From a virus, in the IMG/VR virus record IMGVR_UViG_3300031695_000001: a stretch of 64,000 nucleotides of DNA. The stretch is one strand, 5' to 3'. The notes beneath the pieces were generated by a model that was not told the DNA's origin, made no database searches, and saw nothing but the letters and a program-made list of their open reading frames with translations. How positions within the stretch are numbered: the first letter of the stretch is position 1; each line of letters opens with the position of its first letter. Both the position numbers and the translations under genes were made by a program. Of this stretch, positions 1 through 9,900 are shown piece by piece.

Positions 1-1
1 T

Positions 2-169
2 ATAACAAATGCCTTCATCACCTGCGTCAGTACTGCATACTAAGTCTTCAGGAAATGATTTTTCTAATTCGTTGTATACATTTTGTGGCAATGCATTGTC
101 AACAGCCACATAAGGATACGGAAACGATTCTACTGTTTTACAGTTTTGTATTACACTCAATTTGTTCAT
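2..169 (-). CDS. 5' part of a probable 2OG-Fe(II) oxygenase (runs off the window edge)
   Basis: Manual translation from ATG at 169: MNKLSVIQNCKTVESFPYPYVAVDNALPQNVYNELEKSFP... The PYP-x-V-x-DNALP segment is typical of the N-terminus of phage 2OG-Fe(II) oxygenases. GTAAATA box 5 nt upstream. Confidence 0.5.
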   Translation of the reverse strand, partial: MNKLSVIQNCKTVESFPYPYVAVDNALPQNVYNELEKSFPEDLVCSTDAGDEGICY

Positions 170-174
170 ACAAG

Positions 175-181
175 TATTTAC
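175..181 (-). promoter_or_regulatory. late promoter box GTAAATA (probably leaderless transcript)
   Basis: Variant of the recurrent ATAAATA box, 5 nt before the ATG at 169 and just after a terminator hairpin. Confidence 0.55.
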
Positions 182-188
182 TCAAAAG

Positions 189-210
189 AATAGGACCCGG
201 AGGTCCTATT
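189..210 (-). terminator. intrinsic terminator hairpin
   Basis: AATAGGACC-N4-GGTCCTATT perfect inverted repeat, followed by CTTTT on the minus strand, downstream of 231..1553. Confidence 0.7.
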
Positions 211-230
211 GAGTTTGTATCTTGTTAATG

Positions 231-1553
231 TTATCTAAAAGATATATTTCTAATTGCTTCTAAAGTAGCTTCGTGCTCTAACGTAGCTTCATCTTTTTGG
301 TCAAGCGTTGATTCATCGTTTTCGCTATTAATAATAGATAAAATTGTATGCTCGGAAGGTCCACGTCCATTACTCCAATCATCTACAACTTCATCTGCTA
401 TTTTTTGAATTTCGTTGTCTGCTATTGGAAATGTTATGTTTCGATCAGTGATTGCACTAACTACTTCATCATACCAAGACTCGATCGCGGCTTGATTATG
501 TTCGTCTGTGTCTTCATTAGCTTCGTCATGAACGTCGTCCCACATATCAGCCATTTCAGGATGTTTTCTTACAAATTCGTCTTTTCCCATTTCCTGTGCA
601 TCTTGATGTATGTCTGACATTGCACCTTCGTTTTCCATCTCTTGTGGAGCAGATACACCTGAAAGTTCTGCTAGCCTTGCAAGTTCAGCATTAGCTTCTT
701 TGCTTTTGCCTGTAATACTATAAGAAGTATCAGCTTCGTCAGTATCTTCTTCGTCATCATCATCACGCTGTGCAATCGCTTGGCTCATTGGCTCTTCTTT
801 ATTGCCATCATTGTCTAAGTCTGGAAAGTCTGGCTTTGGTGCATCTTTACCTGTCTTTTCAGCAAGTGCGGCATATAACTCATCTTTAATAGATTCAATT
901 TGTGCATCTAAATCATCTTCAGTTGCTTCGTAGCTTGATTCTGATTTTGGCATCCACCAGTCGCCGCCTTCATCATCACAATCGTGACTGCAATCTGATG
1001 TGGGCTTGTGCATTTCATCACCACAGTCTTTACATACCATTGTTTCATCCATGCCGCCTTCAACTGCTATTGGATTGTCGCCATCAGCTGCCGGTGCATA
1101 TTGACCTTTCTCACGGTTGATGCCGCCAGCTAAGTCACGTGTCATTGTTTGTGTATCAAAATACTGTTCATCTGGCTCAGTTGTTGAAGCACTAAATCCG
1201 CCGCTCATGTCTTCATCAGCTTCGTCATCCTTTGGATTCATTTGTGGCATATCATCCATTGGACTATCTGTTGGTCCGTCCATATCCATTGGTCCGTCCA
1301 TCGGCATCTTCATAATGCTAAGTGCTTTGTCCATTGGCATATGATCTGAGTGTGGCATATCCGTTGGGCTAACTACTTTAGCATCTGGAGTATTACCTGT
1401 TCTCATAATGTTTACAAGTTGTGCAACTTCGTCTGCATTATCGCCTGTCATTGAAATATTCATCGAAGCAGTTTCACCCAACGGGTTCGTTGTTTCGTTA
1501 ATTGTCTTAATGTCTTTATCTAACTCTGCTAATTTAGCTAATAAGTCTTTCAT
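231..1553 (-). CDS. acidic low-complexity protein, probable internal head / prohead-associated protein
   Basis: 440 aa, very D/E/M-rich. Contains the KPDFPDLDNDGNKEEPM EF-hand-like motif and a short Cys cassette. Confidence 0.5.
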   Translation of the reverse strand: MKDLLAKLAELDKDIKTINETTNPLGETASMNISMTGDNADEVAQLVNIMRTGNTPDAKVVSPTDMPHSDHMPMDKALSIMKMPMDGPMDMDGPTDSPMDDMPQMNPKDDEADEDMSGGFSASTTEPDEQYFDTQTMTRDLAGGINREKGQYAPAADGDNPIAVEGGMDETMVCKDCGDEMHKPTSDCSHDCDDEGGDWWMPKSESSYEATEDDLDAQIESIKDELYAALAEKTGKDAPKPDFPDLDNDGNKEEPMSQAIAQRDDDDEEDTDEADTSYSITGKSKEANAELARLAELSGVSAPQEMENEGAMSDIHQDAQEMGKDEFVRKHPEMADMWDDVHDEANEDTDEHNQAAIESWYDEVVSAITDRNITFPIADNEIQKIADEVVDDWSNGRGPSEHTILSIINSENDESTLDQKDEATLEHEATLEAIRNISFR

Positions 1554-1554
1554 G

Positions 1555-2118
1555 TTATACGCCTCCTACTGGGCTTTTAGTGTTTTCAGTATCACCTATA
1601 TCGGCACTTTCACCCTTAGGTGTTCCTGCTGTAGGATCAATTATACGCTCACTTCGAGCTGTTTCTAGTTCTTTAAGAAGGTCCATAACTCTGCTGTCTC
1701 CAACTTTGTCTTGGGCGCTTTCGCCTCCCATGTCTTCGGTTTCTAGTTTAGTTTCATAAGGTTCTTTTGTCTTAGAGTCTGATTGGTAATCTTCTCTAGG
1801 ATCATTCATGTTTCTTACTATAAAATACGCCTGATTGCATCCACAACTATCAGCAATATATTCTTGCAACACTTGTGATGTAGTAGGGTAGTTCATTTCT
1901 GCTTCCCAGTAAGTAACTTCCATATTTTGTAATTGTGGGAAATCTAACGGACGTTCCTGTATTGGTGTAGCTTTACCAGCACTCATGCTAATAAGTTCAA
2001 ACTTTTGTAAACATGTTTCCATGTCATCTTCGATTCCTTCTGGCAATGCACCTGCATAACCTATCTTGAACGAATAAGTCTTTTTAGACTCTAATAAAAT
2101 TTCTGTAAACGATCTCAT
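1555..2118 (-). CDS. hypothetical virion (head-associated) protein
   Basis: 187 aa. The N-terminal MRSFTEILLE resembles the T4-type capsid-targeting/processing leader (M-K-x-F-x-E-x-L-x-E). Own late box at 2137-2143. Confidence 0.5.
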   Translation of the reverse strand: MRSFTEILLESKKTYSFKIGYAGALPEGIEDDMETCLQKFELISMSAGKATPIQERPLDFPQLQNMEVTYWEAEMNYPTTSQVLQEYIADSCGCNQAYFIVRNMNDPREDYQSDSKTKEPYETKLETEDMGGESAQDKVGDSRVMDLLKELETARSERIIDPTAGTPKGESADIGDTENTKSPVGGV

Positions 2119-2135
2119 GATTAATTCCTTATAAA

Positions 2136-2633
2136 CTATTTATCCTCTGACATACCTTTTAGCTTCTCAATTAAGCTATTTCTGTCAGTGACGACATAAC
2201 CTGCACCGTTAACTATACCAGCTTGTGACTCCGGATTACCGTCTTTGTCTTGTTTTTCTTTTTTAAGTTGTAACTCGACTATTTTTAATTTGTTATTAAG
2301 TTTAGCTACTTTGGCATCTAAACTAGTTTTAAGCATGCCGCCTGCTACTTCAAATACTCTACCACTATAACGTGCTTCAACATTCATACCCAAATCCATT
2401 AATTCGTCATATGCTGTCATTGCTTTGTCTGCAATTTCGTTAAGCTCAATATCTGCCTTTTCGCCTAAACCTTTTACACTAGGCAATGCAGAAGATATTT
2501 TATCAAACTCGGCAATGTCGCGCTTAGTTTCTTTTTGATCAACTAGTGCAGTTTCGGCCTTTGTAGCTTTGCTTGCATTAATTATATCTTGCGAGTCAGG
2601 TAAGTTTAATAGTTCTTCAAGTTTTTTTGTCAT
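2136..2633 (-). CDS. conserved phage hypothetical protein (possible terminase small subunit-like)
   Basis: 165 aa, helical/coiled-coil. The C-terminal 'VVTDRNSLIEKLK' resembles gp16-like termini. Function is inferred only. CTAAATA box at 2660-2666. Confidence 0.4.
   Translation of the reverse strand: MTKKLEELLNLPDSQDIINASKATKAETALVDQKETKRDIAEFDKISSALPSVKGLGEKADIELNEIADKAMTAYDELMDLGMNVEARYSGRVFEVAGGMLKTSLDAKVAKLNNKLKIVELQLKKEKQDKDGNPESQAGIVNGAGYVVTDRNSLIEKLKGMSEDK
2137..2143 (-). promoter_or_regulatory. late promoter box ATAAATA
   Basis: GGATAAATAG overlapping the upstream gene's stop; AAGGA RBS then ATG at 2118. Confidence 0.6.
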
Positions 2634-2658
2634 TTTGTGTTTCCATTAACTGCTACTA

Positions 2659-3288
2659 TTATTTAGCAGAGTTAGGATCATTCAACCATTGTTCTTTGGT
2701 CATGTGTATATACCAAGCTCTGTACGGCTTTCCTAACCCTTCACCGCCTGGATTATACAAATAAGGAACTAACCAATCAGGGTAACCTTTACCTGAGCCT
2801 GCATTATTTGTTTTGATAAAGACTTTATCTACATACTGAAATACATCATTTAAGAAAAATATATAATCAAATTTTTCACCTGGCTCTAAAAACTCTTTAT
2901 CAAACTCTGTTCTACTAGCAATAAACAAATCATACTTGCCCGGAAAGTCCATAGGTTTGCCGTTGTAAATGTACAAGTGATGCCTTTTTAAATTAATTAA
3001 ATCACAACACTTTTTAAACATTGGACCTGTAACTTCTTCTTCAATATCAGTAGCTTCAACATGTATACCTTTTTGCATAAGCACATATGGTAACATTCCT
3101 ACCCCAGTGCCAATGTCAATTGCTGTTTTAACATCTGTTAGCATGCCAAATTCTTCAGCTTTTTTAACCATATATTCTTTCTCTGAGAAATGTCTATCCC
3201 ATTGTCTAACATACTTTGCACCTCTTACAAATTTACCAGTTTGCATTGCTATGTCTGTCATTTGTTCTTTATATTGTTCTAAATCCAT
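2659..3288 (-). CDS. class I SAM-dependent methyltransferase
   Basis: AIDIGTGVG motif I, VEATD motif II, KYDLFI post-motif. Start overlaps the gp4 stop (TAATG). Confidence 0.75.
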   Translation of the reverse strand: MDLEQYKEQMTDIAMQTGKFVRGAKYVRQWDRHFSEKEYMVKKAEEFGMLTDVKTAIDIGTGVGMLPYVLMQKGIHVEATDIEEEVTGPMFKKCCDLINLKRHHLYIYNGKPMDFPGKYDLFIASRTEFDKEFLEPGEKFDYIFFLNDVFQYVDKVFIKTNNAGSGKGYPDWLVPYLYNPGGEGLGKPYRAWYIHMTKEQWLNDPNSAK

Positions 3289-3722
3289 TATCTTTTTCCA
3301 TTATGATAGATATCGCCTTCGTTTAAAATACGAAATTGAATACCTTTTTGTTTACACCAAGCATACGCCGCTTCCCATTTTGCTTGGTTAACTATCCAGT
3401 GTGCTTGGTTGTGGGCGCTTTTGCCCACAAGGCTTTTGTGTGTTTGATTGGCTGGCTTTATTTCTATGAGTTCAACTTTTTGTTTACCTTTTTTATCACC
3501 GTAAGCAATAAAAAAGTCTGGTACGTATATTGTTTGCTTGCCAGTTAATGGGTTTCTATATGGAATTTTTATACTTTCACTTGCCCATTGTGTAATTGCA
3601 GGATTGCCGTCACAGAATTGCATGAAGGTATATTCCCAACTGCTTCTGTATATTGGAGCTTTGTTACCTACGAATTTTTCCGGATTCTTTAACGTATATC
3701 TACCCTGAGCAAACCGACCCAT
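3288..3722 (-). CDS. gp4: head completion protein (T4 gp4-like, TnsA-like nuclease fold)
   Basis: NPEKFVG, YRSSWE, WASE, YVPDFFI, EIKP, NQAKWEAA motifs. Confidence 0.85.
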   Translation of the reverse strand: MGRFAQGRYTLKNPEKFVGNKAPIYRSSWEYTFMQFCDGNPAITQWASESIKIPYRNPLTGKQTIYVPDFFIAYGDKKGKQKVELIEIKPANQTHKSLVGKSAHNQAHWIVNQAKWEAAYAWCKQKGIQFRILNEGDIYHNGKR

Positions 3723-3723
3723 A

Positions 3724-4086
3724 TTACACTACTATGTTTCTGTTTTCAGTCCTTGGCGTTTGAGTTGTAATCTTATAACCAAGTGTACTAACTTTTTGTC
3801 TATTGTGATTTAGTATTTCAGCAACAATTTGACTAATTGCAACATCTTCTAATCCAGTTAATGTATCAAGCAATGTCATTACATTTACATCGTCAACCTT
3901 TGCTTGTAGTAATAGTACAGTAGCAACACCAGTAGCACTTGCTATGTCAAACCCTCTTTTTTGAAAGAAGCCTACTACTGCGTCAACTTGGTTAGCAGGG
4001 TAACTAATAGACTCAGTAAAGTAATTGTTAAAGAATGCTTTAACTTCATTGCCGCTGTCTGTTGGTACTAAGTTTAATTCTGCCAT
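3724..4086 (-). CDS. hypothetical virion/baseplate protein
   Basis: 120 aa ORF tightly packed between the tube-like gene and gp4. Confidence 0.55.
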   Translation of the reverse strand: MAELNLVPTDSGNEVKAFFNNYFTESISYPANQVDAVVGFFQKRGFDIASATGVATVLLLQAKVDDVNVMTLLDTLTGLEDVAISQIVAEILNHNRQKVSTLGYKITTQTPRTENRNIVV

Positions 4087-5214
4087 TTATCTAGGTCCAT
4101 TGTTAATTTTTGCTTGTTCGACTTTAGTTGAATAGTTAGGAGAAGTAGTTTCAACACTGCCACCGCTTGTATCAGTTGTTGATGCAGTTGATGCAGTCTG
4201 TTTTGGAAACGTAGTATTTTTAAGACCACTAGCATTTTCTTTAGCAACACTTCCTAATGCACCTGTTAATATATTAAATCCTTCTTCTATTAATCCTTGT
4301 TTAGATAAACTTTTTGCATTTTTAAACGTATTAAATGTATTCAATGCAGAGCCAAGATTAAACGTGCCGCCTGCTAAGTCTCCTAATACACTACTTAGTC
4401 CATTGGCTACACCGCCTTGACCAAAAAGACTGCTAGTTCCGCCGCCTGCTACAGTTAATGGACTAGGTGTTTGGTCATAATGCTCTTGAGCAAAGCCTCT
4501 TGGAGAACCTTCTCCAGTAGCTCCTCTACTATAAAATATTGATTCGTATGCAACAGTCATTTGATTTTGTAGCGTAGTACTAGCGTCAGCTTGATCCATA
4601 CTGTCATGTTGAAAGCCAGTTATTATTGGATTAACTAAAGTAAATCCTGTATACTGATGTCTGGCCATTTGATAAATTGTAATTTTATTAAAGAACGGGT
4701 CAACTGAATCGTTGTCAAACCCGTAACGGTATTTGTGATCCTCTGCACCTTTGTATGTGTTTCTTGGTGAATAAGGTGCTGATACACCGTCTGCATAATG
4801 AGCGCCGTCTGCATAATAATATCTATAGTATGCTTCCATTAGCATTGTAGTAATGCCTAAGTTGTCATCATGGAATGTAATGTTTACTGGATCGTATTCT
4901 AAACTAGTTTGTAAATTCTTTTTACGATTGTACATGTTTTTAGTTACAGTGTTCATACTTACTTTTGGTAAGTCGACTGATTTAACTAATAAGTTTATTT
5001 CGTTTTTATGTCGTTGATCTAATTGTGGCAAATTTGCCGACGCAGTTGGACTTAGTTCTATTACAACATGGTAAAGGAACTTTGCCTTAGGTGCCAGCCT
5101 AAACGCATCATCAGTATACAGTCTAGCCGCATGCTGAAAGTCTGCCATGTCACCTTTTGGGTTAGTAGTGCCGCTTAATACGTTATCAAGAAACCCATTT
5201 AATATGTTTGCCAT
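4087..5214 (-). CDS. tail tube-like / tail tube initiator (gp48/gp54/gp19 superfamily) baseplate protein
   Basis: LVKSVDLPK...YDPVNITFHDD and a ...MTVAYE tube-fold pattern; G/S/T-rich C-terminus; AAGGAG RBS. Confidence 0.6.
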   Translation of the reverse strand: MANILNGFLDNVLSGTTNPKGDMADFQHAARLYTDDAFRLAPKAKFLYHVVIELSPTASANLPQLDQRHKNEINLLVKSVDLPKVSMNTVTKNMYNRKKNLQTSLEYDPVNITFHDDNLGITTMLMEAYYRYYYADGAHYADGVSAPYSPRNTYKGAEDHKYRYGFDNDSVDPFFNKITIYQMARHQYTGFTLVNPIITGFQHDSMDQADASTTLQNQMTVAYESIFYSRGATGEGSPRGFAQEHYDQTPSPLTVAGGGTSSLFGQGGVANGLSSVLGDLAGGTFNLGSALNTFNTFKNAKSLSKQGLIEEGFNILTGALGSVAKENASGLKNTTFPKQTASTASTTDTSGGSVETTSPNYSTKVEQAKINNGPR

Positions 5215-5231
5215 CGAACTCTCCTTACTAA

Positions 5232-5238
5232 TATTTAT
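5232..5238 (-). promoter_or_regulatory. late promoter box ATAAATA
   Basis: AGATAAATAT, 17 nt upstream of the ATG at 5214. Confidence 0.65.
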
Positions 5239-5262
5239 CTATAACATAAAGTACGCAGATTA

Positions 5263-6183
5263 TTAAAGTAAGTAATTTTGTTCCATCCAGTAAGATAACT
5301 TCTCAGCAAAAAGTTTACTGGATTCTGGTCCAGGATGCCCGCCATCTCTTGCAAGGTCTTCGGTCTTTAATCCTTCATTAGGATATAAATTTGGAGCATT
5401 AATTTTATCTAACGTATATAATGTTTCCATATCCCAAGATGCAAATACTATTCTTACCTTATTTGCCTTTGCGCTTTCTGTAATTATAGATACAGCATAT
5501 ATAAGATTCATTATAAACATGCTATTATCATATGTGGCATATATGCCTGTCCACTTCTTTTCCTGGCTTTTATTAAACTGAGGATTCTTCCAGGGTAGCA
5601 GTTGCAGATCCATCGCTCCATCTGATGAAATTTCAGCGCAATCTACTCTATGCAAACTTGGTAATAATATAACCGCATAATTTAAATTTAAAACTTGTTG
5701 TGTTGCTACAAACGTTCTGGCAATACGTAATACACTTGCACCGCCTATGCCAAAATTATACTTACACATGTTATAGTGTTTAGAAAGTAATGTAGTCCAG
5801 AGTTTTGACGATTCTACGCCTTCACCATACGTATTGCTACAACCATAAAATCCTATGTTTGGTCGTTTAGCTTTGTTTCTCCACACGTCCCTAAACCCAT
5901 ATTGATTTATAGTATACTGCCAGGGGTCCTTATCAAAGTTTGGTGCTTCTTGTTCGCGTATGTACGGATACTGCCAATTTAACGAATCTAGAGGAACACC
6001 ATGTCTATTTTTGATATCTGCTAAGAAATCTCCCCTAAAGTTTCCAAATTCTACTAATTCTGCTAGAGACTTAACATTATATGGTGATAGGTATCTTGGG
6101 TCTAGTTTTTCGTTAGTTATAGGACCGGGGTTTCGTTCCTTTAAATTGAGACTTTCTAAATCTGTTCTGATTGGATAATTCAT
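5263..6183 (-). CDS. SGNH/GDSL-like hydrolase or acyltransferase
   Basis: FYGCSNTYG block I, NFGIGGAS block II, C-terminal ARDGGHPG (DxxH). Confidence 0.65.
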   Translation of the reverse strand: MNYPIRTDLESLNLKERNPGPITNEKLDPRYLSPYNVKSLAELVEFGNFRGDFLADIKNRHGVPLDSLNWQYPYIREQEAPNFDKDPWQYTINQYGFRDVWRNKAKRPNIGFYGCSNTYGEGVESSKLWTTLLSKHYNMCKYNFGIGGASVLRIARTFVATQQVLNLNYAVILLPSLHRVDCAEISSDGAMDLQLLPWKNPQFNKSQEKKWTGIYATYDNSMFIMNLIYAVSIITESAKANKVRIVFASWDMETLYTLDKINAPNLYPNEGLKTEDLARDGGHPGPESSKLFAEKLSYWMEQNYLL

Positions 6184-6187
6184 ATAG

Positions 6188-6194
6188 TATTTAT
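6188..6194 (-). promoter_or_regulatory. late promoter box ATAAATA (leaderless transcript)
   Basis: ATAAATA-CTAT-ATG; no SD is possible inside the transcript. Confidence 0.6.
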
Positions 6195-6216
6195 TTTACT
6201 CAATAGTAGCAGAGAT

Positions 6217-6241
6217 AAAAAAAGGAACCGAAGCTCCTTTT
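6217..6241 (-). terminator. intrinsic terminator after tail tube gene
   Basis: Minus strand AAAAGGAGC-UUCG-GUUCCUUUUUUU: UUCG tetraloop plus U-tract. Confidence 0.85.
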
Positions 6242-6273
6242 AATAATAACAATATGGCACTTAGGTTATATTA

Positions 6274-6903
6274 CTAACCAATACCGCCACCGCCTGTAAC
6301 TAGACTATTAATAGTTCTACCTACTGCTGTTCCAATACCGCCACCTTGTGACTGTATTGCGTTATCGTAACGTATACTTAATGAAACTGTAACTGGCTCG
6401 TTAGCACTATATGCTAATGAGTTGTAGTTTGCATTTTGTATAAAGCAACCGTATAATTCAAAAGTGTCTAGTACGTTAGGAGTGTTTGCTCCGTTGCCGC
6501 CATCTAGTATTTCGATTCTAGTTACGAATTTGTAATCAATGCCACTTGCCGCACCTGATTGCTCAAAGAAGTCAAACTGCTTTTGTAGCTGTTCGCCAAC
6601 AAGTTTTTGTACATTGTTGTTTACGTCTTCGCGCAAGTTAAGTGTAATCGGATCCCATGCATGCTTACCTGCTAGGTATGCTCTACTGTTGTAAACTGGG
6701 ATTTCAATTTCCTCAAAGTTTACTACCGGACGTGTCACGTCAATTACTTGCTTTGTTAGTTCTGTTGTCGGTGTTGATACACCAAAGTTCTCAAGTGATA
6801 CCCTGAAACGATACTGTAACTTCGGCATCAACAAACCTTGTGTTGATGATGAAGTGTCACTCGCTAGTGGTACTGTAATTTTTGAGAGTGTTGAAATAGC
6901 CAT
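6274..6903 (-). CDS. gp19: tail tube protein
   Basis: MPKLQYRFRV, YLAGKHAWDPITLNLRED, FELYGCF, SIRYDNA. Directly follows the sheath gene. Start moved to ATG 6903 (AGGAG RBS, late box at 6924). Confidence 0.85.
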   Translation of the reverse strand: MAISTLSKITVPLASDTSSSTQGLLMPKLQYRFRVSLENFGVSTPTTELTKQVIDVTRPVVNFEEIEIPVYNSRAYLAGKHAWDPITLNLREDVNNNVQKLVGEQLQKQFDFFEQSGAASGIDYKFVTRIEILDGGNGANTPNVLDTFELYGCFIQNANYNSLAYSANEPVTVSLSIRYDNAIQSQGGGIGTAVGRTINSLVTGGGGIG

Positions 6904-6923
6904 ATTATAACTCCTGTTGCTAG

Positions 6924-6930
6924 TATTTAT
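6924..6930 (-). promoter_or_regulatory. late promoter box ATAAATA
   Basis: ATGATAAATACTA upstream of gp19. Confidence 0.7.
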
Positions 6931-6935
6931 CATTT

Positions 6936-6961
6936 AATGGAGGCTATTTCTAGCCCCCATT
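6936..6961 (-). terminator. hairpin after tail sheath gene (terminator or mRNA stabiliser)
   Basis: AAUGGGGGCUA-GAAA-UAGCCUCCAUU with GNRA loop; weak U-tract on the minus strand. Confidence 0.55.
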
Positions 6962-6971
6962 TTATTAGATG

Positions 6972-9900
6972 TTAAAGACCTGCAATTTCCCCTGTATTCT
7001 TAAGTCTAAGTGGAATAAAGATAAACTCCACAGCCTTAACTGGTTCAATTGCTATATCTAAGTATAGTTCGTTCTTGTCTATTCTGCTTGCTGTGTTGTT
7101 TGACTCATCACATACAACTAGATAGTCATATAACGCTCTTGATCCAACAAGTTCTAAGCACAAGCTCTCTGCGGCTTGTTTAATCTCATCTCTTGTTATC
7201 TTATCATTTGGTTCAAAGATATAAGGCTTAGCAAGTTTGTTAAGTTGACTTCTCATATAGATAACAAGTCTAGCAACGTTAATTCTATCTAATGAACTTG
7301 CATTTCTTGCACGAGTCTTCTGTCCAAATGCAACTAATCCAGCACCTGTAATAAACGTAATTGGGTTAACTTTAACACCATATAATGTGTCGCGTTGTCC
7401 TTCGTTTAGTGCTATTGAATTAAATTCGCCTTCTGAATCAATATAACCTGTTGCTGTTGCGTTAGTAATGCCGCCACGTCTTGTACCTGCTGGTGCAAAC
7501 CATGGATAGCTAACTTGGTCACTTAGTGCAAGAGTTCTTAGCATCATGTGACTTGGTGGAACAACAATGTTGTTACCAGCATTATCACTGCTAAAGCCCC
7601 ATGGATAATAAATGCCTAAGTATTCATCACTAGTTACAAGACCTTCTGCATTATCTTCAACTGCAAGGTTTACGTTAGTACCCCATTCGTTGACTGAAGT
7701 TGCATCTGGTGTTAGTTTTGGTGGACTATCTCCAAGTACAAACGCTGTAATTCCTCTATCGTAGTTTAATGTAACCATTTCACCAATTAGCTCTGGATAA
7801 CCTGGAGTAGCCATTACGTTAAAGATTCTTGATTCATCATCTCTAATTGCATCGTTACTGTTAAGCATTGCTTGTAGACTTTGGATAACAACTTTACGCT
7901 GTGCCGCTTGCCCGAAGCTTCCTTTGCCGTCTGCTTGGTTAGCTGATTCAGTAACCCAACGGTGTGTATAATAGCTTGTCATTGCTTCACTGCTATTAAA
8001 ACGTTTATTAAGTGCATTTGTATCAACACTGTTGCGTACAAACTTCTTAACGTTAAAGCCACTTCTACGTAAGTTAACTAACAACATACCTTTTGGATAT
8101 AGTGCTGGATCTGGAGCGTCTGCATCTAAGAAGTTATTTGTTAACAACTCAATGATAGTTCCAGCTACATTACTAGTAGCGCCTGTTAATCCCCAACGTG
8201 CATCTGCAAATAGTACACCGTCTTCAGTAGTTTGATCGGCTGCATCTAGTAATACCCACTTTGTAGTAGCACTACTATATTTGTAAATTGTTGGATAATT
8301 ATCTAAGTCTGCTGTTGAAACCCAAATGTCACCATTCTTAAGAGCTGTACCATCTGATTGGCCAGTAGCCGCTAGTGGTTCAGTTGCACTTACAATAGGT
8401 CCTGCTGGACTTGTTTGCTGTGCAGTACTTGCATCGTAAAACGGACTAGTTGCGTCTAAATAACCAACCCAAGTAGTACCATTGTGTACCATGATATCAA
8501 CTTCGTCAGTAATTGAACTATACCATAGTGTACCGTTTGCTGCCAACGCTGTTGGAGCTGTGGTGCTTGCAGTATATGTTAGTACTTGCCAATTTGAAGC
8601 AACAAACTCGTTTGCTGTATCGCCTGCTGGTGCAGTATACAAGTTAGTAGTTCCGCTGTTTGCATTTACATAAGCACTAAAGCCCATTTCTGCAAATGCC
8701 GCTCCGCTATGGTCTTTGAAACGAATTTCGCCGCCCTTGGAGTGGCTAATAACAACTCTATTTTGTGCGTCAACTGTAGCACTAACGTTAGTTAATCCTA
8801 CTGCGTTAATTGCGTTTGCAACTACTTCTGCGTCTGTTGCCGCACCAGTTGTTGTTCCACTTACTGCTGTTACGCTTTGTAACGCCGCATTGCCGACTAT
8901 TGTCTCTTGTATATTAATTGTAAAACTTGCTGACGACATTCCAGTGCTAATTATGCCACTAGTAATAGTTGTCGGACCAGTTGTTGATCTTTTGTAAATT
9001 TTAAAATCACCAGCTGTAACTGTTGCTTCAGCATCGTTTGCTTTAACATAAGTTTGTGTTAATGATAATCCAGAACCGCCTAGTGTCTTATCTAAGTTGA
9101 AAATTGCTTCATGGTTAGTTGCATAGATCGGAGCCGCGCTAGTATCCCATAGCTTAGTTCCGGCATTCCATACTTTAACTTTCCAGTTAGCACCTTTGTT
9201 AGGTTGTGTAGTTTTAATCCAAAGGCTTCCTGTTGGACGTGATGTAGTATCAGCTGTCTTGTACTCTGGTACGCTTGTATGAGGAGCAATAGTTAATGCC
9301 GGAGCATAATATGTTCCTGCGGCAAAACCAGCTGATGCCATAGCACCAGTTCCTGCGGCAAGTACAACGTTTGCACCTGTAGAGAAAATATGCACAACAC
9401 TATCAATAGATGCCGCTGTAACGCCACTAATTGAAGCTGTATTAATATCGCCTACTAACGAAGCACCAGTAGTGCCACTAGCAGTAACAGTAGTTGAGTT
9501 AATAATTATTGTTTGACCTACAACGATTGTTGGGTTAGCAGTACCCGCTACAGTAGCGTGACTTGCTTTCCATGCTGTGGATCCAGTCTGTACCCAAGTA
9601 CCTAAGTAGTTCTTGTAGTAAAGTTTGTTAAGTGTAGTTGTTGCAACAATAGCATAATCGCCAATTGCGCCAACTGAACCTTTTGGAGCTCCGCCTGTAA
9701 CTTTAGTAGCATCAGTAATAACTGTTGGTACTTTGTTAGTAAAGCTCTGTCCACCTGTTACAGAAGCAGCCGCTGAGTTCCATGCAAAAATACCAAATAT
9801 TGACATTGCTGTATCGAACCAGTATGTTCCTGCCGCAGGATATGCAGTAGGAGCAGTTGATGATGCTGCCAGTGCATCTAAGTCAATAGCCGCTCTAGTT

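Noticed and set aside
3288-3722. TnsA-like transposase suggesting a Tn7 element
   Set aside because: Motifs and context match the T4 gp4 head-completion protein. There are no tnsB/tnsC genes or transposon ends.
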